From the NCBI GenBank assembly GCA_964521295.1, contig CAZFRF010000001.1, positions 850,066 through 914,065 of the forward strand: a stretch of DNA of 64,000 bases, read 5' to 3'. A program made the translations under genes and the position numbers. Shown piece by piece: positions 27,466 through 37,975 of the stretch. The notes under the pieces are model-generated. The model saw only the letters and a program-made list of their open reading frames with translations, ran no database searches and was not told the origin of the DNA. Source of the stretch: an uncultured Gammaproteobacteria bacterium. Its GTDB lineage: Bacteria; Patescibacteriota; Microgenomatia; Levybacterales; UBA12049. The first letter of the stretch is position 1; every line of letters begins with the position of its first letter.

Positions 27466-28680
27466 ATGAAAAAGATAATTTTGTTTATTGGTGTTTTGTC
27501 TTTTATTCTGTGTTTAAGACTTATTATTTTTTATTCAAGTCTGAAGACATATCAAAATGCTGAGTATGTTAATTTTGAGACGCAAATAAGTTCACCAGTT
27601 AGGGAATATTCCGCATACCAAACTGTCTATGTAAGTCTTGATCCGGTTACGAAGGTGTTGATTAAAACGACTCTTGATAAAGATCTTAGTTATGGAAATA
27701 TGCTAAAAATCTCTGGCAATTTAGAAACTCGACTGCTAGACAATAATACCACTATTTTCACGCTAAATTATCCCAAAATTGAAGCTAATTTCCGTGAAAA
27801 TTATCTAAAATCCGCTAGAATCTATTTTATAAGACAACGAATAATTGATGTCTTTAATGCTAATTTGGATAAGAATTCAGCAGATTTAATGCTAGGAATA
27901 GTGTTTGGGATTAAGCAAGATTTAGATAAAGAGTTTGCCAAACAAATTCAAGCAGTTGGCTTAACGCATGTTATTGCTGCGTCGGGAATGAATGTAACAT
28001 TAGTGAGTGGTTTTTTATTTTATATTTTGTCTTATTTTCTCAAAAGACAGCGGGCAATTTTCGTGTCGGTTTTAGGTATATTGTTTTATGTATGCCTAGC
28101 TGGTTTTGAGCCGTCAATAGTTAGGGCAGCGATAATGGGAATTCTGGTTTTTAGTAGTCAAATTTTGGGAAGACAACAACTGAGTTTAATAACTCTTTTG
28201 TTAACTGGTTTTGTAATGTTGTTTATTTGGCCTGGGTTTTTGGTTAATATTGGCTTTCAGCTATCTTTCTTGTCGACTTTAGGAATAATGTATTTACCAG
28301 ATTTATTTAAAAGAATTAAAAATGGCTTTACAGAGGATTTGATAGTTACGCTCTCAGCGCAAATAGCCACATTGCCAATAATTTTATTTAATTTTGGGAA
28401 TTATTCGCTTTTTTCTTTAGCTTCAAATGTATTAGTCTTGTGGGTTGTGCCAATTTTGATGATTCTCGGGTTTATTGCGAGTATCTTTAGTTTTATTTTC
28501 CCTCCTATTGCAAGCTTAATTTTGTATCTTTCTTTACCTCTTTTATTGTATTTTCAAAAAATAGTGAGTATTTTTAGCTCTTTCGGAACAATTAATGGTT
28601 TAAATACTTTTCCTTGGCAGATAGTTGTAGCATATTATTTATTCTTAGCTTCGTTTCTGATATATAAATATAACAAATGA
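27466..28680 (+). CDS. comEC: ComEC/Rec2 competence membrane domain protein
   Basis: GLTHVIAASGMNV, PSIVRAAIM, GFQLSFLST. Confidence 0.92.
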   Translation: MKKIILFIGVLSFILCLRLIIFYSSLKTYQNAEYVNFETQISSPVREYSAYQTVYVSLDPVTKVLIKTTLDKDLSYGNMLKISGNLETRLLDNNTTIFTLNYPKIEANFRENYLKSARIYFIRQRIIDVFNANLDKNSADLMLGIVFGIKQDLDKEFAKQIQAVGLTHVIAASGMNVTLVSGFLFYILSYFLKRQRAIFVSVLGILFYVCLAGFEPSIVRAAIMGILVFSSQILGRQQLSLITLLLTGFVMLFIWPGFLVNIGFQLSFLSTLGIMYLPDLFKRIKNGFTEDLIVTLSAQIATLPIILFNFGNYSLFSLASNVLVLWVVPILMILGFIASIFSFIFPPIASLILYLSLPLLLYFQKIVSIFSSFGTINGLNTFPWQIVVAYYLFLASFLIYKYNK

Positions 28681-29537
28681 AAAAAAATGTATTTACCCTT
28701 GGAGCCTTAATTATATTTTTTTTAGGCTTTTTCTCGGTTAATCTATATAAATTTAGCGATAATAATTTGCACGTTGTTATGTGTGATGTGGGGCAGGGAG
28801 ATGCAATCTTTATTCGTACGCCTTCTAAGTCAAATATTCTAATTGATGGAGGGCCAGATGATTCAGTTTTAGATTGTTTAAATAATAATTTGCCATTTTG
28901 GGATAAGAAAATTGATTTAATAATCTTGACACATCCGCATGCAGATCATCTTAACGGACTTAAGTATGTATTAGAAAGATATACTGTTTTACATTTTGTT
29001 ACAGAGAAAATTGAGAGTAAAAGTCAGGGATTTAAGAGTTTAGAGCCTAAATTAGCAGCAAAAAACTTAACTGCTAAGTATATTTATGCAGGAGATAAAA
29101 TAATTTTCACTAATAATCTAGTTTTCACAACCATGTGGCCTGATAAAGAATGGGTAGCAAGCCAGGAAGCAAGGTTAAATCCCAAGTTGGATTTTAATAA
29201 TACATCTCTAGTTGAGTTACTTACTTATGGCAATTTTAAGGCTTTATTTACTGGTGATGCAGGAGTTAAGATTGAGGATGGTATTGTTCAAAAAGTGGGC
29301 AAAATTAATCTGTTAAAAGTTCCGCACCATGGGTCTAGAACTGGAATGAGCGATTATTTCTTAAGCAGTGTTAGACCGGATTTGGCCTTAATTTCAGCTG
29401 GAAAAGGAAATAGTTATGGTCATCCTGCCAAATTTAGCCTTGATTTATTAAATAAACATAATATTAAGACACTTAGAACTGATATTGATGGAGAGATTGA
29501 AGTAGTGACCGATGGAAAAGATTATTGGCTAAATTAG
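28677..29537 (+). CDS. Metallo-beta-lactamase-fold nuclease (ComEC C-terminal domain as a separate gene)
   Basis: DVGQGDA, THPHADHLNG, KVPHHGS, YGHP; N-terminal hydrophobic anchor. Confidence 0.9.
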   Translation: MKKNVFTLGALIIFFLGFFSVNLYKFSDNNLHVVMCDVGQGDAIFIRTPSKSNILIDGGPDDSVLDCLNNNLPFWDKKIDLIILTHPHADHLNGLKYVLERYTVLHFVTEKIESKSQGFKSLEPKLAAKNLTAKYIYAGDKIIFTNNLVFTTMWPDKEWVASQEARLNPKLDFNNTSLVELLTYGNFKALFTGDAGVKIEDGIVQKVGKINLLKVPHHGSRTGMSDYFLSSVRPDLALISAGKGNSYGHPAKFSLDLLNKHNIKTLRTDIDGEIEVVTDGKDYWLN

Positions 29538-29878
29538 CGAGCTTTAGATTTAGCGGGTACTTTAGGATGTCTAAATTTAAACCTATCAGGATATCTTAAG
29601 CCTTGAATGATGCCTCCAATAGCAATTCCTTTAAGAATGGTTACATATTGAAGTCCTTCATAATTTAAGACAATTATGGCTGTAAGTAGGGTTAATACAA
29701 ACCAATGATGAATCCAATAGATTTTGCCTCTAGAGTGGATTTTAATATTAGGTAAGAGCTCAAGTCTCCAGATTCTAACCTGAGGAATCTTGTGCTTTTT
29801 CTTTTCAGGATGAGTGAAATAGAGAAAAAGAACGTATCCTACCCAAATTGAAAATAAAAATGTAAATAAACCCGTCAT
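29534..29878 (-). CDS. Hypothetical membrane protein
   Basis: ORF with three hydrophobic segments and a WIHHW motif. Confidence 0.6.
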   Translation of the reverse strand: MTGLFTFLFSIWVGYVLFLYFTHPEKKKHKIPQVRIWRLELLPNIKIHSRGKIYWIHHWFVLTLLTAIIVLNYEGLQYVTILKGIAIGGIIQGLRYPDRFKFRHPKVPAKSKAR

Positions 29879-30000
29879 ATAGATTACTATATTTCAGTCT
29901 TATAGTACTTGATATATCATATCTTAAATAATAATACTTTGCAAGTGCAAGGGAATTGTTCATTTGAATGTGCTAAAATGAAAAAAAGCGCTAAAAACGT

Positions 30001-31599
30001 ATGGAAAAATTATACTCAATTTTACAACAATTAGCTTCAGAAATGGGTCAAAAAGACCTTGAATTTAAAGTAGAAATCCCTAAGGAAAAATCACATGGTG
30101 ATTTAAGCACAAATTTAGCCTTGGTAATGGCAAAAAAGCTAGGTAAAAACCCTATGGAAGTAGCAGAAGAAATTGCTGAAAAGCTCATGCCAGATGAGAG
30201 TTTTATCTCAGATATTCAGGTTGCCACGCCTGGTTTTGTTAATTTCTATTTTTCTCATAAATATCTAGAGGATAATTTGCGAAAAATACTTAATTTAGCT
30301 TCAGAATATGGATCTTTAAAGGTGGGATTAGGCAAAAAAGCTAGCGTTGAATATGTGTCAGCAAATCCTACAGGGCCTTTGCACATCGGAAATGCTCGCG
30401 GAGGCCCAATTGGCGATGTTTTGGCAAATGTTCTAGCTAAGGCTGGTTACAGTGTCACAAGAGAGTATCTGCATAACAATGTTGGAGGTCAGATTGCTAA
30501 GCTTGGTGAATCGATCTATTTTGTTTTAAATCCAGCTCAAGTAACGCCTGAGATTCAAGTTCAATATCAGGGTGAGTATATTAAAGAACTAGCAAGTCTG
30601 GTTGAGGCTAAGATTGATAAAACTTTAGCAAAAGAGGAGTTTGTCCAAAAAGCCGGAGAAATAGCTGTTGAGCATATGTTAGCTGAGATTTTAGAGGATT
30701 GTAAGAAAATGGGAATTCAGTTTGACAAAGTTACCAATGAATCTGATTTAAGACTAGAGGTTCCACAAGCGCTTGATAAATTAAAGCCAAATCTTAAAGA
30801 GAATGAAGGAGCACTGTGGTTTGCTCCTAATGATGAATTCTTGAAAGATCGAGAAACTGTAGTTAGAAAATCTAATGGAGAATATACATATTTTTCTGCA
30901 GATATTGCCTATCATAACCAAAAAATGATGCATTACGATCTAGTTTTAAATATTTGGGGAAGTAATCATAGTGGTCACGTTCCTAGAATCCAAGCAGTGG
31001 TTAAAGCCTTAGGTTTTGATCCTGAAAAGCTTAAATTTATTCTTTACCAATGGGTTAGATTAAAAAGAGGAGAAGAAGTGGTGAAGATGAGTAAGCGTGC
31101 AGGAAATTTTGTAACTGCTAGAGAAGTATTAGATGAAGTTGGTAAAGATGCATTTAGATTTTTCCTGCTGATGCCTAGAAGTCAAACGCATATGGATTTT
31201 GATCTAGAATTAGCTAAGAAAAAAGCCAGTGATAATCCTGTGTATTATGTGCAGTACGCTTATACAAGAATTAGTAGCATATTTGCCAAAATTGAAGCTC
31301 CAGATTTAGCCGATGCTGATTTATCTTTACTTGCAAGTGATGAGGAAGTAGCTTTAATTAGACTTATTCTAGAATTTCCAACTCTGATTGAGCGCATTTT
31401 AGATACTTTCGAAGTTAATTCTTTAACTACCTATGCAATTGAAATAGCTAATTCCTTCCACAGATTCTATGAAAAGCATAGAGTTGTTTCAAATGATAGA
31501 GACATAACTAAAGCAAGGCTTGCATTGGCCAAGGCTACGCAGATAACTCTTAAAAACACCTTTGATTTATTGGGTGTAACAGCTTTAGAAAAGATGTAG
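30001..31599 (+). CDS. argS: Arginine--tRNA ligase
   Basis: VEYVSANPTGPLHIGNARG, KMSKRAG, NPVYYVQYA. Confidence 0.97.
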   Translation: MEKLYSILQQLASEMGQKDLEFKVEIPKEKSHGDLSTNLALVMAKKLGKNPMEVAEEIAEKLMPDESFISDIQVATPGFVNFYFSHKYLEDNLRKILNLASEYGSLKVGLGKKASVEYVSANPTGPLHIGNARGGPIGDVLANVLAKAGYSVTREYLHNNVGGQIAKLGESIYFVLNPAQVTPEIQVQYQGEYIKELASLVEAKIDKTLAKEEFVQKAGEIAVEHMLAEILEDCKKMGIQFDKVTNESDLRLEVPQALDKLKPNLKENEGALWFAPNDEFLKDRETVVRKSNGEYTYFSADIAYHNQKMMHYDLVLNIWGSNHSGHVPRIQAVVKALGFDPEKLKFILYQWVRLKRGEEVVKMSKRAGNFVTAREVLDEVGKDAFRFFLLMPRSQTHMDFDLELAKKKASDNPVYYVQYAYTRISSIFAKIEAPDLADADLSLLASDEEVALIRLILEFPTLIERILDTFEVNSLTTYAIEIANSFHRFYEKHRVVSNDRDITKARLALAKATQITLKNTFDLLGVTALEKM

Positions 31600-31601
31600 T
31601 C

Positions 31602-31638
31602 TTGACAACCTCTTCTTCTTTCTGCAGAATATCTTTAA
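31602..31638 (+). promoter_or_regulatory. Sigma70-type promoter, leaderless; duplicated at 34108-34144
   Basis: TTGACA-17 bp-CAGAAT, then 8 nt to GTG. Confidence 0.6.
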
Positions 31639-34086
31639 GTGGCAAAGATCTTAAGTTTTGACAGTGGTCAGTTTGTTAAGTACCCCTTATTTAATAGGTT
31701 TAAAGATTGGTGGGATATTCAAGATAAGTTTATTAAGCTAACTCTAGTTACCATTGTTCTTCTGGCTATTTCTACTCCTGTTATCGTTACCACCTATCTT
31801 ACTCTTAGACAGGAGGCAAGTAATGCTAATAAGAAAATCTTTTTAGGAATTAATAATGGCAAAGCTGATGTTGGCAAGGATTTAGGCTGGATTCAGGCTG
31901 ATTTAGAAAGTATAAAAAATAGTACTGGTGCTTATCCTGCTGTATATGTATTGTGGGCTAACTTTGAAAGTAATCCACCAAAAATTGAAGTCTTAAACTA
32001 TTTAGATTCTAAGGGTATTACTCCAATGCTAGCTTTGATGCCGCGAGGTCGTGATGGGACTGAAAATAGAAGAGATGGCAGGTTTATTTTAAGCGAATCA
32101 AGCACAAGTGACGTCGTTGACTTAGGCAAGATAAAATTTGATAGCCTAGATCCTGCGACAATAACTAAGATCTATGTAAGTAAAGAGTCTTCTATAGTAT
32201 CAGAAGATCCCTCAGTAAATCTTGAGCCTAGTTGGGTAGTTGGTGAAAAAATTGAAGTTTTTGGTACAAATCCTAAGGGTAAAGTTGATTATGATAGTGG
32301 TAATAACTTTCAATTTGAAATTACTGGAAAAACTGATACTCCTACTAATTGGATTTTGTCAGTAAAGCCATTAAAAACAACTCCTTTCAAGGATCAGTTC
32401 AAGTTTAATGAGCCTGTATTTATTACGCCTTCTACTTATTTTATTAAAAACTATGGTAACGCTAAGATTGCAAATGGATCGATGGATGGTAAATTTAGAG
32501 AAATCGCTCAAGTTGCAGCTCAATTTAATAAAACAATAGTTTTAAGATATGCACAGGAGATGAATGCAGATTATTATACTTGGACAGATGAGCATAAGAG
32601 CGCAAAAGATGAAAAATACGAAAGATATAAGTTTCACGATTTCGGTAATAAAAAAGGTGATTTTATAGATTCATGGCGCCATATATATGATTTAATTAAG
32701 CCAATAGCTCCAAATATGTTATTCTTCTGGAATCCTCACAATACTGCAACTGCGAAGTATGTTGATTATTTTCCTAAAGATAAATATGTTGATTTTGTAG
32801 GAATTGATGTTTATAGTGGATCAAAAAGACAGGATTATAAATCGTTGGAAGAGGCTTCAAGAAATGCGTTACAAGAATTAAGATCAATTTCAGACAAGCC
32901 TATTATTATTGGAGAAACAGGAATAAACTCAACTCATTCAAGCGGAGTAAGTGGCAATTTTGCTAATTATAGAAAGAATTGGTTAAGAGATGGTTATTAT
33001 TTCTTGGCTAACGAGCCAAAAGTAAAGGGAGTTTTATATTTCAATGTTAATATGGGTGATACGATTTATGGTGGTCAGAAGGAAAATAATTGGCTTTTAA
33101 GTGACCCCACTGACCCTGGTTTTCCAGAGATTGCGTCTACTTATAGAACGTTGCTTTTGGATCCAAGGTTTCAAGGTAAGTTAAGATCTGGTGGAGGAGA
33201 CGATTCCGAACCACCAACTGTTACCATAACTCCTTTTCCTACTTCCGATGCTGATCCAAAAGGATATCACGATTATTCTTCATGTGTAATCTCAAGTGGT
33301 TGGTCCTGTGATCTTGATGGTTATCAGCAGGCTTTGAATATGGAATTTTATGCAGATAATCCTAAAGGTTCAGGAGGAATTTTACTCGGCAATGCTAATG
33401 CAAATTTAGTCAGAGAGCAAGCGGTAGGTGGACAGTGTGGGGGGAACAGCTCTCATGGCTTTAATTTTGCAACTCCAGCAACTCTTAGCGATGGTAGGCC
33501 TCACAAGATCTACGCATATGCAACTAATATTGGTGACGGTAAAACTATTTTATTAAAAGGTAGTCCAAAAACTATTACCTGTGGAGCCGGTGGAACATCT
33601 ATTTATACCAGCAATGTCTTGCCACTTAATGATTCATATACAGCTTCTAATCAACCATCTCAAAATTATGGAAGAGGCATCTATCTAAAAGCAGATGCGT
33701 CTCCTTTAAGCGTTACTTATCTTAAATTTGATACTAGTGGGTATAAGGATAAAACCATAAAATCAGTATTTTTAGAATTAACTGTTTCGAAATTAGAAGA
33801 TGCAGATTCTGCATTAGCCAAGGGATTGGATGCTAGAGCAATATCTAACTCTTGGACTGATATAAAGATTACGCATAACAATCATCCAATTTATGGAAAT
33901 ATTATTCAAACACACAAGGGAACTGTGAGAAATGGCGACAAAGTGAAGTTGGACATAACAGATTATATTAAGTCTAATTTAGGAGTGGTTTCATTAGCCT
34001 TAGTAAATAGAGGCTCAGACGGAGTAATCTTTAATTCTATGGAATCTACAGGAGCTAAGCCCAAGTTAATTATTACCTACCAATAA
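31639..34086 (+). CDS. Membrane-anchored GH26 glycoside hydrolase with Cys-containing Ig-like and DNRLRE/CBM96-like C-terminal domains
   Basis: LRYAQEMN (acid/base), DFVGIDVY, IIIGETG (nucleophile); C-terminal DSYT..NYG..YLKFD..PKLIITY. Confidence 0.8.
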   Translation: MAKILSFDSGQFVKYPLFNRFKDWWDIQDKFIKLTLVTIVLLAISTPVIVTTYLTLRQEASNANKKIFLGINNGKADVGKDLGWIQADLESIKNSTGAYPAVYVLWANFESNPPKIEVLNYLDSKGITPMLALMPRGRDGTENRRDGRFILSESSTSDVVDLGKIKFDSLDPATITKIYVSKESSIVSEDPSVNLEPSWVVGEKIEVFGTNPKGKVDYDSGNNFQFEITGKTDTPTNWILSVKPLKTTPFKDQFKFNEPVFITPSTYFIKNYGNAKIANGSMDGKFREIAQVAAQFNKTIVLRYAQEMNADYYTWTDEHKSAKDEKYERYKFHDFGNKKGDFIDSWRHIYDLIKPIAPNMLFFWNPHNTATAKYVDYFPKDKYVDFVGIDVYSGSKRQDYKSLEEASRNALQELRSISDKPIIIGETGINSTHSSGVSGNFANYRKNWLRDGYYFLANEPKVKGVLYFNVNMGDTIYGGQKENNWLLSDPTDPGFPEIASTYRTLLLDPRFQGKLRSGGGDDSEPPTVTITPFPTSDADPKGYHDYSSCVISSGWSCDLDGYQQALNMEFYADNPKGSGGILLGNANANLVREQAVGGQCGGNSSHGFNFATPATLSDGRPHKIYAYATNIGDGKTILLKGSPKTITCGAGGTSIYTSNVLPLNDSYTASNQPSQNYGRGIYLKADASPLSVTYLKFDTSGYKDKTIKSVFLELTVSKLEDADSALAKGLDARAISNSWTDIKITHNNHPIYGNIIQTHKGTVRNGDKVKLDITDYIKSNLGVVSLALVNRGSDGVIFNSMESTGAKPKLIITYQ

Positions 34087-34144
34087 ATCTAATGCTTACC
34101 TAAAGTCTTGACAACCTATTTTTCTTTCTGCAGAATATCTTTAA

Positions 34145-36658
34145 GTGGCAAAGATCTTAAGTTTTGACAGTGGTCAGTTTGTTAAGTACCCCTTATTTAA
34201 TAGGTTTAAAGATTGGTGGGATATTCAAGATAAGTTTATTAAGCTAACTCTAGTTACCATTGTTCTTCTGGCTATTTCTACTCCTGTTATTGTTACTTCC
34301 TATCTTACTCTTAGACAGGAGGCAAGTGATGGGAATAGAAAGGTATTTATTGGTATGGCTGATGCAATCTCGCAAGGCCCAATTGGCGGTGGTCATCAAA
34401 ACGATTTGACTTATGTTACCGCTGATGTTGAAAATATTAAAAATCTAACAGGGGTGTATCCAGCAGTATATTCTATTTTTATAAATGTAGATACGCCTGT
34501 TGTAAATTTAGAACTCTTACGATATTTAGATTCAAAGGGTATTGCTCCAGTAATTAACTTGTTGCCTGTTGGATCTCCCATGGAAAGAAGAGATGGAAGA
34601 TTTAAACTTTCTTCTGATACTACAGATCCAGTATCAAATTTAGTAGCGCAGGAAGTTAGGTTTAATAGCTTAGTTCCATCAGCGATTACAAAAATATGGG
34701 TTAGTAAAACATATTTCGATACTCCGGATAAGAGAGTTTCCGGCGGATTGAAGGAACTAGTAAAAACTTGGGAACCTGGATCAACTTTTTCCATGATTGG
34801 CTCTAAAGAAAATGAAAATGCAGATTATGAAAATTCTAATAAATTTGAATTTGTTGTTGTAAATAAAGTAGAGAAGGCTAATTTTTGGGAAATTGAGGTA
34901 AGTGTTAAAAGACAAGGAAGTTTTGATGGTGTGTTTAGTGCTGCAAAGCCAGTCTTTCTCACTATGGCAGATACCTATGGCAAGGAGTGGGGGAATCAAA
35001 GAATATCAGAAGGTAGTTTAGATGATAAATTTAAGCAGTTTGGGGAAGTTGCTAAGCAATTTGGTAAGCCAATTTTGCTTCGTTATGCATTTGAAATGAA
35101 TGGGGATTGGTTTCCCTGGTCAGCAGGGGCAAGAGATCACAGAGTGCCTCCATATAAAACACTTAGGTATTTTGACATGAATAATACAGAGGCTAATTAT
35201 AAATCAGCTTGGAGGCATGTTTACAAAGTTATCAAAGGAGATCCTAATCAAGTAAATGCTCAAAATGTATATTTCTTCTGGTGCGCTACGGACAAATCTT
35301 CATCTGAAGGATATTTGAGGCAATATTTTCCGGGCGATGATTTTGTCGATTTTGTTGGTTTCGATGTTTATAGTGGAATTGGTGGTAGTAATCACGCATC
35401 AGTTCAGACATTGATTGATGCACCCATGAGACGTTTAATGAATATTTCTTCAAAAAATTTAGTAATTGGTGAAATGGGAATAAATTCTGATAATAAGCAA
35501 ATTCCTGCCGATCAGTTCCCAGACTATAGAAGAAGGTGGTTATTAGAAGGATATTCCTATCTTTACGAAGCTTTTCCAAGAATGAGGGGAATAATTTATT
35601 TTAATCTCGATGTTCGTGATGTTGAGCGAAACAATAACTGGTTGATCTCTAATGGTTTTTCTCATAAGCCTAGTCCAGATGCGATTCCCGAAGTGCTTAC
35701 ACAATATAAAACCTTACTTGCAGATCCTAGGTTTCAAGGCAAGCTTACCCCCGGTCAGGCTAATGGGGGACCAGATACTCCAACCGTGACAATTGCACCA
35801 AATCCAAGCTCCGGCTTAAGCCCAGTTGGATTTCATGATGTATCTACCTGCGTTGTGTCTGGTGGTTGGGCGTGTGATAAGGATAACTACTCTCAGGCCC
35901 TGAATATTGAATTTTATGCAGATAATCCCAAAGGTTCAGGTGGGGTATATTTGGGCAATACTAATGCTAATTTGGTTAGAGAGCAGGCGGTAGGTGCACA
36001 GTGTGGAGGCAATCGTTCTCATGGTTTTAATTTTGCAACTCCAGCAACTCTTAGCGATGGTAAGCCTCACAAGATCTACGCATATGCAACCAATATTGGA
36101 GAAGGAAAAACAAGAATTCTCAATAATAGCCCAAAGACAATTACTTGTGGTAACGTAGGTCAGCTTGGTACATATACCGCAAATCTTTTACCCCTTGAAG
36201 ATTCATATACAGCTTCTGGTCATCCGACGCAAAATTATGGCAGAAGCATCTATCTAAAAGCTGATGCATCTCCTTTAAACGTGACTTATCTTAAATTTGA
36301 CACAACTACATATAAAACTAAGAAAATTAAAAAAGCTATAATCGAATTAACGGTTTCTACTCTTGAAGATGCTAAATCTGCATTAGGAAAAGGATTAGAT
36401 GCTAGAGTAGTATCAAGTTCTTGGAAGGATATAACCATTACTCACAATAGCCATCCTTTATATGGTAACGTTATACAAACTCATACTGGGGCTGTGGTAA
36501 CCGGAAATAAAGTTACACTTGATATAACAGATTATATTAAATCTAATTTAGGCGTAGTTTCGTTGGCTTTAGTAAACAAAGGCTCAGATGGAGTGGTCTT
36601 TAATTCTATTGAAGCTACGGCAAATAAGCCAAAGTTAATTATTACCTACGAAAATTAA
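34145..36658 (+). CDS. Membrane-anchored GH26 glycoside hydrolase, tandem paralog
   Basis: LRYAFEMNGDWFPW, YFPGDDFVDFVGFDVY, LVIGEMG; same architecture as 31639..34086. Confidence 0.82.
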   Translation: MAKILSFDSGQFVKYPLFNRFKDWWDIQDKFIKLTLVTIVLLAISTPVIVTSYLTLRQEASDGNRKVFIGMADAISQGPIGGGHQNDLTYVTADVENIKNLTGVYPAVYSIFINVDTPVVNLELLRYLDSKGIAPVINLLPVGSPMERRDGRFKLSSDTTDPVSNLVAQEVRFNSLVPSAITKIWVSKTYFDTPDKRVSGGLKELVKTWEPGSTFSMIGSKENENADYENSNKFEFVVVNKVEKANFWEIEVSVKRQGSFDGVFSAAKPVFLTMADTYGKEWGNQRISEGSLDDKFKQFGEVAKQFGKPILLRYAFEMNGDWFPWSAGARDHRVPPYKTLRYFDMNNTEANYKSAWRHVYKVIKGDPNQVNAQNVYFFWCATDKSSSEGYLRQYFPGDDFVDFVGFDVYSGIGGSNHASVQTLIDAPMRRLMNISSKNLVIGEMGINSDNKQIPADQFPDYRRRWLLEGYSYLYEAFPRMRGIIYFNLDVRDVERNNNWLISNGFSHKPSPDAIPEVLTQYKTLLADPRFQGKLTPGQANGGPDTPTVTIAPNPSSGLSPVGFHDVSTCVVSGGWACDKDNYSQALNIEFYADNPKGSGGVYLGNTNANLVREQAVGAQCGGNRSHGFNFATPATLSDGKPHKIYAYATNIGEGKTRILNNSPKTITCGNVGQLGTYTANLLPLEDSYTASGHPTQNYGRSIYLKADASPLNVTYLKFDTTTYKTKKIKKAIIELTVSTLEDAKSALGKGLDARVVSSSWKDITITHNSHPLYGNVIQTHTGAVVTGNKVTLDITDYIKSNLGVVSLALVNKGSDGVVFNSIEATANKPKLIITYEN

Positions 36659-36696
36659 TGTTTTCATTGGTATAAAAACTTGCTATAATCTCCCTT

Positions 36697-37971
36697 ATGC
36701 AATATAAGAGAAAAGTCCTCAAGAATGGTTTGCGTATAATTACAGTTCCAATGCCTGGATTTGAATCAGCTACAGTTATGGTCATGGTAGGTGCTGGCTC
36801 TAGATACGAAACGCCTCAAAACAATGGAATATCCCATTTTCTAGAACATATGGCTTTTAAGGGCACTACAAAGCGTCCAACAGCCCAAGATATAGCGAGT
36901 TTAATTGATGGAATTGGTGGAGAATTTAATGCTTTTACGAGCAAAGAAATAACTGGATATTTTGTTAAAGCTTCAAAAAACCATGTTGAGCTTTGTTTAG
37001 ATATTCTTTCAGACATGCTACAAAACTCTAAATTAGATAAGCTAGAGCTTGAAAAAGAAAAAGGTGTTATCTTAGAAGAAATTAACCTTTATGAAGATAC
37101 GCCTGCAAGAAAAATAGGCGATGTTTACGAAGCACTTTTATATGGTGACACTCCAATGGGTTGGGATATTGCAGGAAGGAAAGAAGTAATCAGGGCAATT
37201 ACCAGAGAAGATTTCGTTAAATACATGGGAAGCCTTTATAGCGCAAATAACATCACAGTTGTTGTTGCTGGTGGAATTAATTCTGAGGAAACTGAGGCTA
37301 ATATAGAAAAATATTTTGGAGAAATGAAATCTTTTGATACAGTTAAGTATAATAAATTAACTGAAAACCAGGTCAAACCAGATCTTTCTATAAAAAAGAA
37401 AACTACAGAACAGGTTCATATTGGAGTCGGATTTAGAACTGTTTCTATTCAAAGTGAAGATAGACACGCATTATCAGTTTTAGCAGCAATTTTAGGTGGA
37501 GGAATGAGTTCAAGGCTATTTAGTGAGGTTAGAGAGAAAAGAGGCTTGGCATATTATGTTAGAACTAGTTCAGATCATTATGCAGATGCTGGTCATATAG
37601 TTTCAACAGCAGGCCTTGATCCTAAAAGAATCGAAGAGGGAATAGAGGTAATTGTGGCTGAGTATTCTAAATTTGCCAAGGGCAAGGCTAATGTAACCGA
37701 AAAAGAGCTAGCAAAAGCTAAAGAATATCTAAAGGGCCATATGGTTTTAGAGCTTGAAGATAGTCGATTTGTGGCCGCATTATATGCTCAAGCTGAGCTT
37801 TTAGAGCCATCAATTGAGACCCCAGAAGAGCTTTTGAGGATTATAGATAAAATTACGGTTAAGGATGTAGAAGAGGTTGCTAAAAAATATTTCAAACAAG
37901 AAACTCTTAATTTAGCCATAATTGGCAATTTTGAAGATGGACAAAGATTTGAAAAATTGTTAAAATTGTAA
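36697..37971 (+). CDS. M16 family (pitrilysin/insulinase) zinc peptidase
   Basis: GISHFLEHMAFKGT; GGGMSSRLFSEVREKRGLAY. Confidence 0.93.
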   Translation: MQYKRKVLKNGLRIITVPMPGFESATVMVMVGAGSRYETPQNNGISHFLEHMAFKGTTKRPTAQDIASLIDGIGGEFNAFTSKEITGYFVKASKNHVELCLDILSDMLQNSKLDKLELEKEKGVILEEINLYEDTPARKIGDVYEALLYGDTPMGWDIAGRKEVIRAITREDFVKYMGSLYSANNITVVVAGGINSEETEANIEKYFGEMKSFDTVKYNKLTENQVKPDLSIKKKTTEQVHIGVGFRTVSIQSEDRHALSVLAAILGGGMSSRLFSEVREKRGLAYYVRTSSDHYADAGHIVSTAGLDPKRIEEGIEVIVAEYSKFAKGKANVTEKELAKAKEYLKGHMVLELEDSRFVAALYAQAELLEPSIETPEELLRIIDKITVKDVEEVAKKYFKQETLNLAIIGNFEDGQRFEKLLKL

Positions 37972-37975
37972 AAAT

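Larger units (their letters stand above)
31598..34327. repeat. Near-identical ~224-bp direct repeat (31598-31821 / 34104-34327) covering the promoter and first ~60 codons of both GH26 genes
   Basis: Direct comparison at offset 2506 shows only a handful of mismatches. Confidence 0.9.
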
